Source: an uncultured Methanosarcinales archaeon
Lineage (GTDB): Archaea; Nanobdellota; Nanobdellia; Woesearchaeales; DSVV01
Direction of reading: 5' to 3'
DNA: 64,000 nucleotides
Assembly (NCBI GenBank): GCA_964452935.1
Contig: CAYVNO010000005.1
Coordinates: 8,558-72,557, forward strand
A program made the position numbers and the translations under genes. The notes beneath the pieces are model-generated. The model made no database searches, was not told the DNA's origin, and saw only the letters and a program-made list of their open reading frames with translations. This document shows positions 35,741-45,361 of the stretch, in pieces. Position 1 is the first letter of the stretch. The number at the start of each line of letters is the position of its first letter.

Positions 35741-36274
35741 CTACACCTCAGGCCCCATATAACCTTTGAACTCTTCACTCTCTTTTATCTCTTTTGGGAA
35801 ATTATCTCCTTTATTTTCCTGCATAACAAATTCATTAATATCAAACTCTTTAACAGAACCATCTTCTTGCCTAGCAATAACTTTAGCAATCTCTCCTTGA
35901 ACAATCATCCTTTTACACATCATACAGGGCACACCATAACAAATCTCCCCTGTTTTTGCGTCCTCCCCATATAAATAAAGTGTAGCTCCTCTTCTTTCAG
36001 TAGGGTCTGCACCTAAAAGTGCGTTCTGTTCTGCATGAAAGGCCTTACATAACTCATACCTTTCTCCAGAAGGAATTTTCAATACCTCTCTCATACATTT
36101 TCCCATCTCTAAACAATCTTTTGCCTTTCTTATCGCTCCATTAAAACCAGTAGAAATAATTTTATCACTCTTTGTAACAATTACTGCCCCAAATCTTCTT
36201 CTCATACATGTTGATCTCTTACAAACCTGTTTTGCAATCCCTAAATAATATTCAATCTTGTCTGGTCTATTCAT
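35741..36274 (-). CDS. dCMP deaminase (ComEB/cytidine-deoxycytidylate deaminase family)
   Basis: Zinc motifs HAEQNAL and PCMMCKRMI. Confidence 0.85.
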   Translation of the reverse strand: MNRPDKIEYYLGIAKQVCKRSTCMRRRFGAVIVTKSDKIISTGFNGAIRKAKDCLEMGKCMREVLKIPSGERYELCKAFHAEQNALLGADPTERRGATLYLYGEDAKTGEICYGVPCMMCKRMIVQGEIAKVIARQEDGSVKEFDINEFVMQENKGDNFPKEIKESEEFKGYMGPEV

Positions 36275-36816
36275 TTTAATACCTCTATTAATTTATTTAT
36301 CTCTTCTTTGAACTTTTCCATTGTTCCCTCATTCATAATCGTGAAATCAGCAATAACAATCGGTCCTGCCTTCTCAATATTCTCAATCTCAGACTTATCT
36401 CTACTCTCAGCTTCACTATTTGTTAAAGGTCTTACATCTCTTATGGCTAATCTATGATGTCTTGTTTTAGGAGAAGCATACACAGCTATAACCTTCAACT
36501 TTTCTCCAAACTTTTCTCTCAAAACAGTGTACTCTGACCAACTATACAACCCATCAATTATCACATTCTTCCCTTGATTTATAAATTCCTCAATCTTTGG
36601 TAAGCTTAACACTGCATAAGCCGCCATTCCATGTTCCTCTCTTAACGACTCTCTAACCATTCTTTCATTTGCTTCATTTATTTCTAAATTTCTTTCTTTC
36701 ATCACTTCCATAGTTATGCCACCAAAATACACTCTTTCATAGCCTAATTTTAGAAATTCATCAGTTACAACACTCTTCCCTGCTCCACACAAACCAACTA
36801 TTGCAACAACTTTCAT
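36271..36816 (-). CDS. UPF0200-type P-loop nucleotide kinase
   Basis: P-loop GLCGAGKS, REEHGMAAYA, IIDGLYSWSEY, and RHHRL...RDKSEIE. Confidence 0.65.
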   Translation of the reverse strand: MKVVAIVGLCGAGKSVVTDEFLKLGYERVYFGGITMEVMKERNLEINEANERMVRESLREEHGMAAYAVLSLPKIEEFINQGKNVIIDGLYSWSEYTVLREKFGEKLKVIAVYASPKTRHHRLAIRDVRPLTNSEAESRDKSEIENIEKAGPIVIADFTIMNEGTMEKFKEEINKLIEVLK

Positions 36817-36919
36817 AAATCTTCAATATCTAAATTATATATAAAGTTAATTGAGGATTAAGCACTAATCTATGAAAAGATTTATATATCCATATATCAA
36901 TCAAAATTTAGGTGATACT

Positions 36920-37333
36920 ATGAAACTTTTGAACATCAGTGATAAAGGTTTAGGAAAAACAAAGTTTTTCCAAAAAAGAATATTAACAATCTTTATGTTA
37001 TTGGTCCTAGTAAGTGTTGTTGCAGGTTGCAGTAAGGATACAGCTGGAGAAGCAGCAGTAATACTAACAGAAAATGAAATAATGGAACAAGACAATACAC
37101 TCCTAATAGACGCTCAATCTCTTATGGAAGCAGGAGACCTAGACGGAGCATTAAATCTATGCAGACAGATCCAAAAGAGCAATGCAGCATGTTATCTATC
37201 ATACATCAGAGCGAAGCATCAAAGCGGAGAGATAGTAACAAGAGATATTTGTGATGAAATCATGGTCGGAGAAGCAACAGATGACATAACAGTGCAGGAA
37301 GTTGAAGCTGTAGAAGTCTGTTATGGGATTTGA
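36920..37333 (+). CDS. Lipobox-bearing secreted protein
   Basis: Signal peptide LLVLVSVVAGC. The start is chosen at MKLLNIS; the track ORF starts at 36872. Confidence 0.55.
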   Translation: MKLLNISDKGLGKTKFFQKRILTIFMLLVLVSVVAGCSKDTAGEAAVILTENEIMEQDNTLLIDAQSLMEAGDLDGALNLCRQIQKSNAACYLSYIRAKHQSGEIVTRDICDEIMVGEATDDITVQEVEAVEVCYGI

Positions 37334-37370
37334 TTTTTAATTCCATTTTCTTATTATTTTAAGAATTCTT

Positions 37371-38633
37371 TTATCTTACTTTCCTTTCAAAAACATAATT
37401 AAGTAAACTACCAAGACCAATATTTCCTTCTCCTACACTATGTCCATTAATCTGATACTCAGATTGTCCATTAGTAGTCTCTCTACCAATTGTACAATCG
37501 ATTCCAAACGGTTCAAATATAAGATGTACAGAATTCCCACTCTGCTCAACACTCATCCCTGGCATAGCTAATTTATAATAATCTGCTAAAGAACCGGCCC
37601 ACTCTTCATCTGTATGATTTACAATTCTAGTTAACTGTAACTCTCCTCTACAACATAAACGATTATGGTCTCTAAGCTGGGAAGGGGTTAACCCTTCATG
37701 TGTTTTCTTTGGATGAAGATCTTCTTTATACTCTGTGACATTATACCTAAAACTAACTTCTGCTACATGTCTACCATCCACTGTTACAGAATAAGTTTGT
37801 TCATCTCCTGGCACTAATCTAACTTCACCATCTCCAACTATTAATCTTGTAGCAAAATTCCTATCTGGTTTTCCATTAGTGTAGTGTAGTAATGATATTT
37901 GTCCATCTTCTCTCAAAACACTTGAATCACGTAACTTGCCATCTCCCCTACTCATTGCAGGCAGTTTCATCTCTAAAGCTTCTTCAACCTTATCAGCATG
38001 ACCCATTGCCGGGAAAAAACCACTATAATTTCCTACCAATAACAAAGAATCTCCTGCCCCATACAAATTAAGTGTATGGTTGGCAGTATCTCTTCCATCA
38101 ATATAAAAATAAGGAATAACTACTTTATAATCATGTCTATGTTCTTCTCCTCCAATTCTATGAGGAACTTCAAACTTAAAAAACACAGGACTATCAGGAC
38201 CTCTTCCATCAATAACAATTCCTTCTTCTGGGATATCCAACCGCGCTTTAAGAGTATGACTAGAGTCAGATAATACACGCATCTGTTGATATCTCAACGA
38301 AGGCATAGCATTATTAACTGCCTCAAGAAAACTCCTTCTTGTCGGACTAAATTCCATATCAGAACGTCTATTCCTCTCAGCATCACGATAATCAACTCTA
38401 AAATGAATTCCGTCATTAGTTGATGCAGGATCTCTTCTTTTTGTTACCCTTTTAGGCTCATTTGATGCAACTATCCTAACAGGATCACTTTCATAACTCC
38501 TTCTACGACCACTTTCGTCAACACCAGGTACTAAAATTTCAAATCTAGGAGCATAACTGATAGTAGAAACACCAAATAACTCATTAACTACCTTAACAAA
38601 GTCTGCATCCAAAACATTACTCTCTAAATCCAT
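37371..38633 (-). CDS. Hypothetical protein (Lys-poor, Arg/Asp/Gly-rich)
   Basis: 420-aa ORF with no recognisable motif. Confidence 0.6.
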   Translation of the reverse strand: MDLESNVLDADFVKVVNELFGVSTISYAPRFEILVPGVDESGRRRSYESDPVRIVASNEPKRVTKRRDPASTNDGIHFRVDYRDAERNRRSDMEFSPTRRSFLEAVNNAMPSLRYQQMRVLSDSSHTLKARLDIPEEGIVIDGRGPDSPVFFKFEVPHRIGGEEHRHDYKVVIPYFYIDGRDTANHTLNLYGAGDSLLLVGNYSGFFPAMGHADKVEEALEMKLPAMSRGDGKLRDSSVLREDGQISLLHYTNGKPDRNFATRLIVGDGEVRLVPGDEQTYSVTVDGRHVAEVSFRYNVTEYKEDLHPKKTHEGLTPSQLRDHNRLCCRGELQLTRIVNHTDEEWAGSLADYYKLAMPGMSVEQSGNSVHLIFEPFGIDCTIGRETTNGQSEYQINGHSVGEGNIGLGSLLNYVFERKVR

Positions 38634-38735
38634 ACAGATGGGATTCTCAATTGATTAATAAATATTTACCTTATCTCAATAATTAACTTTTTAAATTATC
38701 TCATTCTTCTTTTTCTAGCAATAAGGGGTGTAAAA

Positions 38736-40115
38736 ATGAAGATTGAAATTGTAGGTTACTCGAATCATCCGGAAAAAGGATATTTACCAGAAACAATCTC
38801 TGCAGGTTATGCAAGAGTCAGCAGAAGAAAAGAGCCAATCAGCTATCTAGTAGATGAAGCAAAAGGAGATATAGAAAAGTCAAGAAAATCAAATTCTACA
38901 ATCATTTACGGTTTTGGACATAATTCAATAGCAGAACATATAACATTCAACCTAGTCTTTGAAAAAGTCTCTAGATTAATGTCTTTAATCATCATGGAGC
39001 ATAGATTAAATTCCTACATTGAAAAATCACAAAGATATATTGAAATAGACTCTGGTTTTGTAACACCAAAAGAGATAATTAACGCTGGACTAAAAGATGT
39101 ATATGAAAACACATGCAACGAATTATTTAAAGCATATGCATCATTATTTGAAAAACTAAAAAAACATGTCCAAGAAAAACATCCAGACTGGAAACCGATT
39201 CTAATAGAAAACACAGCAAAAGAGGATGCAAGATTTATTCTACCAACATCAACATACACTCAATTCGGTATGACAATGAACGCAAGAAACTATGAATACC
39301 TACTTATGAGGTTAGTATCTCAAGAGCTAGAAGAAGGAAAAGAGGTTGGCCAAAAATTAATTGATTTAGGAACAGAACTCACTCCATCTGTAATCAAATA
39401 CACAGACCCAAATGATTACTTCACTCAAGTCTACAAAAACATAAAAAGCAAAATCAACACAAACATCGAAACAGCAAGCACAGAAGCAGTAAAACTTCTA
39501 GAGTATGATAAAGATGGAGATGATAAGTTAATCGCTGCCCTTATGCACTCAACCACTAACTTGAGCTACAAAGCTATAATGGATAAAATAAGAGAGATGA
39601 GTGATGAAAACAAAAAAGATATTATCTGCACAGCTATGCAAAACTTAAAAGTAATGGACCCAGTAGTTAGAGAGTTTGAATATGTTAACTACACTTTTGA
39701 GATTGAGATGTCTGAATGTTGTTATCATCAATTTATAAGGCATAGGATGAATACTCAATCATACCAAGAAATGACTCCAACTCTAGGACATGTAATTCCA
39801 CCTTTAATAAAAGAAGCAAACCTACAAGATGAATTCAATCAGGCAATTGAAAAAAGTAATAATTTATTCAAGAACTTAAACGGAAACAAAGCAGCAGTTT
39901 ACGCTCTAACAAATGCACACAAAAGAAGAGTTCTAGTGAGAATGAACGCTAGAGAACTTTACCATTTCTCAAGAATAAGAGAAGAAGAATACTCACAATG
40001 GGAAATAAGAGAGATTGCAATGAAAATGAGCGCATTAGCAAAAGAAGTAACTCCATTAACAGTAATGTTAACTGGGGGCAGATCAGAATACAAAAAGGTG
40101 TGTCAAAGTGAGTGA
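38736..40115 (+). CDS. thyX: Flavin-dependent thymidylate synthase, fused tandem ThyX domains
   Basis: First half has HNSIAEHITFNLVFEKVSRL...EHRLNSYIEKSQRY, the ThyX motif. Second half has FIRHRMNTQSYQE. At 459 aa it is about twice a single ThyX subunit. Confidence 0.8.
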   Translation: MKIEIVGYSNHPEKGYLPETISAGYARVSRRKEPISYLVDEAKGDIEKSRKSNSTIIYGFGHNSIAEHITFNLVFEKVSRLMSLIIMEHRLNSYIEKSQRYIEIDSGFVTPKEIINAGLKDVYENTCNELFKAYASLFEKLKKHVQEKHPDWKPILIENTAKEDARFILPTSTYTQFGMTMNARNYEYLLMRLVSQELEEGKEVGQKLIDLGTELTPSVIKYTDPNDYFTQVYKNIKSKINTNIETASTEAVKLLEYDKDGDDKLIAALMHSTTNLSYKAIMDKIREMSDENKKDIICTAMQNLKVMDPVVREFEYVNYTFEIEMSECCYHQFIRHRMNTQSYQEMTPTLGHVIPPLIKEANLQDEFNQAIEKSNNLFKNLNGNKAAVYALTNAHKRRVLVRMNARELYHFSRIREEEYSQWEIREIAMKMSALAKEVTPLTVMLTGGRSEYKKVCQSE

Positions 40116-40638
40116 ACCATTAACAGGAACAGAAAAATTTAATTTAGGATTCATAATAGCAGGTCTTTTACACGACACTGGCCGAGAAAAACTAGAAAAA
40201 TTCTTTGCAACTTACGCAGGAGAACTAATTTTAGCACAACAAGCTCCAGGTATGACTTACCTTCAAGCTGAATATGGCAGAGGGTATTTTATGGATGCAG
40301 TAGATATTATAGACAGAGAAAGAGAAGATGAACCGCAATTTGTTAATAGATCTCATAAATTTGACCCCAAAAGACCTAATGATGTAGCTATCCCTCCTAC
40401 TGAATTTGTTCCGTCAAGATTAATGGCTACACACATTTATACTCCTCTCTTAGAAGGGGCGGAGTATGTTATTGTCGCATCTGAACTATCCAATAATCCA
40501 ATGCCAAAAAAAGATAAAAATGATGGGTTTGGTGATTATTCTTGTATTTTCTTAGCAATCGAAAGAGAGAGACTAAGAGAATTAGATGTTAACGATTATT
40601 CTCCTAGAGAACCTGCATCAGCACCACTAAGACAATGA
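40108..40638 (+). CDS. Hypothetical protein (Lys-poor), coupled between thyX and the flavoprotein gene
   Basis: 176-aa ORF overlapping both neighbours (8 nt and 4 nt). Confidence 0.55.
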   Translation: MSEPLTGTEKFNLGFIIAGLLHDTGREKLEKFFATYAGELILAQQAPGMTYLQAEYGRGYFMDAVDIIDREREDEPQFVNRSHKFDPKRPNDVAIPPTEFVPSRLMATHIYTPLLEGAEYVIVASELSNNPMPKKDKNDGFGDYSCIFLAIERERLRELDVNDYSPREPASAPLRQ

Positions 40639-41141
40639 AAATCCTAGGTATCTGCGGAAGTCCAAGAGATGGAAACTCTGACTGGATGGTTAAACAGTTA
40701 ACAAATAATATCATTTTTCTCAGAAATAAAAACCTAAACTTTTGCACAGGTTGTGATCACTGTTTTAACACAGGTGAGGACTGCATCCAAAAAGATGATT
40801 TCAAAGAAATAAAAAACCAACTAATTGAAGCAGATTTAGTAATATTCGGAACACCAAACTATTTCAGAAACGTTCCAGCCATTCTAAAAAACTTTATCGA
40901 CAGAACAAACTCGTTACTAAAACAAAACACATTAAAGAATAAAAAAGCAATCATTCTCTGCGTAGGAGGACAACCTTTAGAAAACACACAAGTCTGCGAA
41001 GACATAATGAAAAGATTCTGCAAAGACCACAAAATGCAAATAATAGCAACATACAAAACAAAAGCAGATAAAAAAGGAGAAGTAGTAAACAACAAAACCA
41101 AAGAAGAACTAAATATTCTCTCCCAAAACTGTCGCTCCTAA
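40635..41141 (+). CDS. Iron-sulfur flavoprotein / NADPH-dependent FMN reductase family
   Basis: MKILGICGSPR flavodoxin-like start and a compact Cys motif, CTGCDHCFNTGEDC. Confidence 0.7.
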   Translation: MKILGICGSPRDGNSDWMVKQLTNNIIFLRNKNLNFCTGCDHCFNTGEDCIQKDDFKEIKNQLIEADLVIFGTPNYFRNVPAILKNFIDRTNSLLKQNTLKNKKAIILCVGGQPLENTQVCEDIMKRFCKDHKMQIIATYKTKADKKGEVVNNKTKEELNILSQNCRS

Positions 41142-41975
41142 AACACCAGCATTTTCTAACTCACTTTTCACAACTTCACAAGGTTCAACAATCGATCTTT
41201 TCTTAATTTGTTCAAACATTCTCTCAGAGAAATAATCCCATGAACCAGCACATGCTCCACCAATTATAACAATTTCAGGATCAAACGTATTAATTAAATT
41301 AGCAACAGCAATCCCTAAATAAAAACCAAATTTTTCAAAAACTTCTGAAGCTCTTTTTTCTCCATCAACAGCCATCTCTTGTATTTTAATAGCACTTTTA
41401 ATATGTCCTAAACCTAACTCGTCTGCATATCTTTTTTGTGCACTTGTAGAAAGATAATATTCAACTGATCCTCGTATCCCATCTCTGCCTTTTGCATTAT
41501 CAAACTTAATCGTTGTATGACCAAACTCAACAGCATTCCCTTTTCCTTTATACAATTCACCATTAATAAAAACAGCAGTCCCAAAACCTGTTCCTAAAGT
41601 TATGCAAACAACATTTTTCTTGCCTTTACCTCTCCCAAAATTAAACTCGCCAGCACCAAAACAGTTTGCATCATTCTCTAAAACAACTTCAACACCAAAT
41701 TCTTTTTTCAAAGGTTCAACTATATTCATATTCTGAGGAACATTTGGTGTGTTTAACGTCATTCCCTTCTCAAAATCTAACGGACCAGGACAACCAACAC
41801 AGACCATCTCAACTTTATCATTAAAAACATTCTTCACAGCAGTTATTAAATTAAAAATAACTCTCTCTTCTCCCATAAGTGGCTCTGTTTTCAGTTTATA
41901 ACTCTTTAATATCTTCCCACCGTCAACTAGCCCAACATAAATATTGGATCCACCTAAATCAACACCAATCTTCAT
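41109..41975 (-). CDS. ROK-family sugar kinase (glucokinase-like)
   Basis: IGVDLGGSNI, GCPGPLD, ENDANCFGAGE, LGTGFGTAV. Confidence 0.8.
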   Translation of the reverse strand: MKIGVDLGGSNIYVGLVDGGKILKSYKLKTEPLMGEERVIFNLITAVKNVFNDKVEMVCVGCPGPLDFEKGMTLNTPNVPQNMNIVEPLKKEFGVEVVLENDANCFGAGEFNFGRGKGKKNVVCITLGTGFGTAVFINGELYKGKGNAVEFGHTTIKFDNAKGRDGIRGSVEYYLSTSAQKRYADELGLGHIKSAIKIQEMAVDGEKRASEVFEKFGFYLGIAVANLINTFDPEIVIIGGACAGSWDYFSERMFEQIKKRSIVEPCEVVKSELENAGVLGATVLGENI

Positions 41976-42979
41976 TCTTTAAGCATCTCCTTAAGATCTT
42001 CAATTATATTGACTGGCCCAGGATCTAACTCATACTCTAACGCTAAATAATACGAAGTTAAATCACCAATTAACAACGCAGAAAATAATCTTGTTAACTC
42101 ATTTGACCCCTTAACCAGGATCTCAGTAGCAGGAACACCTTTCTGTTTTATCAACTCTTTTGTAATCTTAATTCTTTTATGTATCTTTTCAGAATCTTTT
42201 GAATCTTTTAAGAACACAACATGGAACTCTCCCATCTTTTTTGTAAAACCAACAATCTCATTATGGTTCATCTCAGCTAAAACATGAGTAAATGTATGAA
42301 TCTTAGCGTTTTCATTTAACTCACACTTCCACCTGTAAGCAATACTTGCTAACTTATCTGATGAATAAATTAAAGGAATCTTACCTTTAAGACTAACAGC
42401 CAACTCTCTTGCCATATCATCATAAACAGGTCTTTTTAATGCAGTAATAGTTTCTTCAATAAACTCATTCTGATTTTGGATTAATCTAGAATTTTCTAAA
42501 ACTTTTAACATAACAAAAAACATAAACGGAGCAGCCTGTCTTGGCTGATAACCTTTCTGTAATAATATATGTTCATGATTATTCATTTTACATAACTCTT
42601 GCAATTTTCCACCAGTAGTCAGAGCTAAGATTTTACACCTTCTTCTAACAGCATCCCTATAGGCAGAAATTGTCTCTTCAGTATTACCTGAATAAGAACA
42701 CACAATAACTAACGCTTTTTCATCAACAAAACTAGGCAAAGAATAATCCTTAACAACCTCAATCCTAAAACTTTCCTTTCTCATATATGTCTTTAGAATA
42801 TCTCCAGCAATGCCACTCCCACCCATCCCAACTATCACTATCTTATCAATCACAGGGTCTACTAGCTTAAAATTGCCCGCAGCACTAATAGCATTGCTAA
42901 TCTGCTCTGGCATAGTAAGAATCATCTTTCTTACATTCAATGAGTCTAAGGAGTGCTGAGTTGTCATATACACTGGCAT
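41972..42979 (-). CDS. Bifunctional phosphoglucose/phosphomannose isomerase (SIS domain)
   Basis: IVGMGGSGIAGD and CSYSGNTEET. It overlaps the ROK kinase gene by 4 nt. Confidence 0.8.
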   Translation of the reverse strand: MPVYMTTQHSLDSLNVRKMILTMPEQISNAISAAGNFKLVDPVIDKIVIVGMGGSGIAGDILKTYMRKESFRIEVVKDYSLPSFVDEKALVIVCSYSGNTEETISAYRDAVRRRCKILALTTGGKLQELCKMNNHEHILLQKGYQPRQAAPFMFFVMLKVLENSRLIQNQNEFIEETITALKRPVYDDMARELAVSLKGKIPLIYSSDKLASIAYRWKCELNENAKIHTFTHVLAEMNHNEIVGFTKKMGEFHVVFLKDSKDSEKIHKRIKITKELIKQKGVPATEILVKGSNELTRLFSALLIGDLTSYYLALEYELDPGPVNIIEDLKEMLKE

Positions 42980-43257
42980 TACTCGTTCTTATATAAAATT
43001 TGCCCCAAACAACAGTAACCTTTATACTTTACGTAGTAAAGTCTTATAATCTCGACACAGTCGGGATTATATATACATTCAATAAGCTAATTTCATCGAT
43101 TTATCGGTTAAATTGGCTTTTGGATGTCTAATATTACCGTTTAAAACGGTAATATTTATAAACTCCCTATTTAAACCCCATATAATACTAAGAAATGTGG
43201 GTAATGTACTAGAGCCTCTAGAAGGCCTGGGCAGCCTGAATCTTAAAGGTGAGAAAT

Positions 43258-43773
43258 ATGGGATTATACAAACATCTGCAAAAGTTGTGGAACAAACCAA
43301 AGAAGAATTTAGGGGATCTATGGCAAAAAAGACTCATAGAATGGAGAAGAGAGCCTACAACAGTAAGAATTCTGAAACCAACTAGACTTGATAGAGCTAG
43401 AGCTTTGGGATACAAAGCAAAACAAGGAATAATTGTTGTAAGGCAAAGAGTGCCTCGTGGCGGTCACACAAGACCAAGAATCACAGGCGGAAGAAGGCCA
43501 AAAACAAAAAGGCAAAGACTTTCATTAGAAAAAAGCTACAAAGGAATTGCTGAAGAAAGAGCTTCTAAGAAATACAAGAATTGCGAAGTTCTAAACAGCT
43601 ATTGGGTAGCAAAAGACGGACTGCACTATTGGTATGAAATAATCCTTGTAGATGTATCACATCCAGCAATGAAGAAAGACAAGAACCTGAAATGGATAAC
43701 ACAGAAACAACACAGAGGAAGAGCTTTCAGAGGACTAACAGCTGCTGGAAAAAAGAGTAGAAGGAAACAGTAA
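43258..43773 (+). CDS. rpl15e: 50S ribosomal protein L15e
   Basis: MGLYKHLQKLWNKPKK...LIEWRREPTTVRILKPTRLDRARALGYKAKQGIIVVRQRVPRGG. Confidence 0.92.
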   Translation: MGLYKHLQKLWNKPKKNLGDLWQKRLIEWRREPTTVRILKPTRLDRARALGYKAKQGIIVVRQRVPRGGHTRPRITGGRRPKTKRQRLSLEKSYKGIAEERASKKYKNCEVLNSYWVAKDGLHYWYEIILVDVSHPAMKKDKNLKWITQKQHRGRAFRGLTAAGKKSRRKQ

Positions 43774-43789
43774 TTTTTTTATTTTTTTC

Positions 43790-45361
43790 TTATTCATTCT
43801 CAGCCAATCTATAATATCTAACAATTTCATACAAAAACAATAATAATCCACCAACATAAAAGAACACAGTAATAACAAAAAACAACAATAAATGCAAACT
43901 AAAGAACCATTCTACAACTCCTAATAATTTAATCATCTCAATATAATCAGCAGCCGAATCAATAAAAAAGTAATAAACATACAACGCAAAAAACACCAAA
44001 GAACTTATTATTCCAATATAGACAACCTCTTTTCTAATAAAATGATTCATAGATAAGATTAACACCAAAACTCCAACAAAAACACTTAACATTAACACAG
44101 CAGCTATAGGCAGAATCAACTGTTGCGAACTAATAGACTGTGTCATAACATCAACACCAATTAAACCAGCAGACTCCATTCGTCCTATCTTAAACAAAGG
44201 AATCATTATAAAACAAACAAGAGCCATATAATAAAAAACCTCAAAAAGCCTAGAAACATGCCCTTTATGACGACTAAAGATTGCATACCAAACAAACGCA
44301 GGAGATAAAAACAAAAACATTATGCCAATAATATTAAATAAATAAATAAAACTCATAACAAAGACACCATTCAAATCCTGTTGATGCAAAACATCACTAA
44401 AAAACAAACTCTCTCTTTCTCCTGTGAAAATCTCTTCTAAACTAAACACAACTTCATGTCCTGTCTCAAAATACAAAGGATCTTGTGCAAAATATAATGC
44501 ATCATGTTGAAATATTGTGTAAGGAACAATAAATGTTCCTAAATCAGTTAATAAATGCAAAACAAGCATACCAGAAACTCCTAAAAATATACCTCTCTTT
44601 GTATGAAACAACTCAATGAACTTTTCATAAAAGCTTTCACCAACACCACCTAACTTAAATATCATTGACTCAGCATGGAAACTCTTGTAATGTTTTATCC
44701 AAAATAAAATATAAAAGAACACAGCAACCATTAATAATGGAGCATCCACGGCAATAGCTAACCATTCCATCATTAGATTAAACACAACAACAAAAAATGC
44801 AACAAAGACTAAATACACACTAATAAATCTAATAAAATAACTAAATCTACTCTTTAATTTCCTATCTTCGTGAATAACATGCATCAAACTTGGGGCTTTT
44901 GGTTTGATTCTATAAACAGAATATACTGCTAAAATCAACAACCCAATCCCGCCAATAAAAAATGCTATTTTCTCTAACAGCATAGCATTATCAGCTAAGA
45001 ATGTAATCAAATAAACAACAGGTAAATCAAATACACTAATCTCAGAAACACTACTCACACTCTCATTTATCTCGACAACTGCTGCAAAAGCATAACCAGT
45101 TATCTTATTAAAAATAAGCATAAAATAACTCAAAACCAACATTAAATCAAGATTCTTATTCTTAACACCAAAGAATATTTTAGACAAACTAGCAGAATAA
45201 AGTAAATATCCCAAAGCACCCCATGAAATAATCTTCTTACTATAATCCATACCAGGACCTAACAACTGAAAAAAGTCTAACACGTTAAGTATTATAACTA
45301 ATAATAAAATAATCTCTTCAATTCTTCCACAAATCTTCTCATAAACCTTCTTCATTTTCAA
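43790..45361 (-). CDS. Polytopic membrane protein, unknown function
   Basis: 523 aa with more than 12 hydrophobic segments. It overlaps sppA by 4 nt. Confidence 0.6.
   Translation of the reverse strand: MKMKKVYEKICGRIEEIILLLVIILNVLDFFQLLGPGMDYSKKIISWGALGYLLYSASLSKIFFGVKNKNLDLMLVLSYFMLIFNKITGYAFAAVVEINESVSSVSEISVFDLPVVYLITFLADNAMLLEKIAFFIGGIGLLILAVYSVYRIKPKAPSLMHVIHEDRKLKSRFSYFIRFISVYLVFVAFFVVVFNLMMEWLAIAVDAPLLMVAVFFYILFWIKHYKSFHAESMIFKLGGVGESFYEKFIELFHTKRGIFLGVSGMLVLHLLTDLGTFIVPYTIFQHDALYFAQDPLYFETGHEVVFSLEEIFTGERESLFFSDVLHQQDLNGVFVMSFIYLFNIIGIMFLFLSPAFVWYAIFSRHKGHVSRLFEVFYYMALVCFIMIPLFKIGRMESAGLIGVDVMTQSISSQQLILPIAAVLMLSVFVGVLVLILSMNHFIRKEVVYIGIISSLVFFALYVYYFFIDSAADYIEMIKLLGVVEWFFSLHLLLFFVITVFFYVGGLLLFLYEIVRYYRLAENE

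Noticed and set aside
43079-43415. Three overlapping short ORFs (43079..43300 minus, 43113..43385 plus, 43218..43415 minus) and the MRN extension of L15e.
   Set aside because: They overlap each other and the L15e gene or its promoter and have no motifs. L15e homologs start at MG(A/L)YKY, i.e. 43258.
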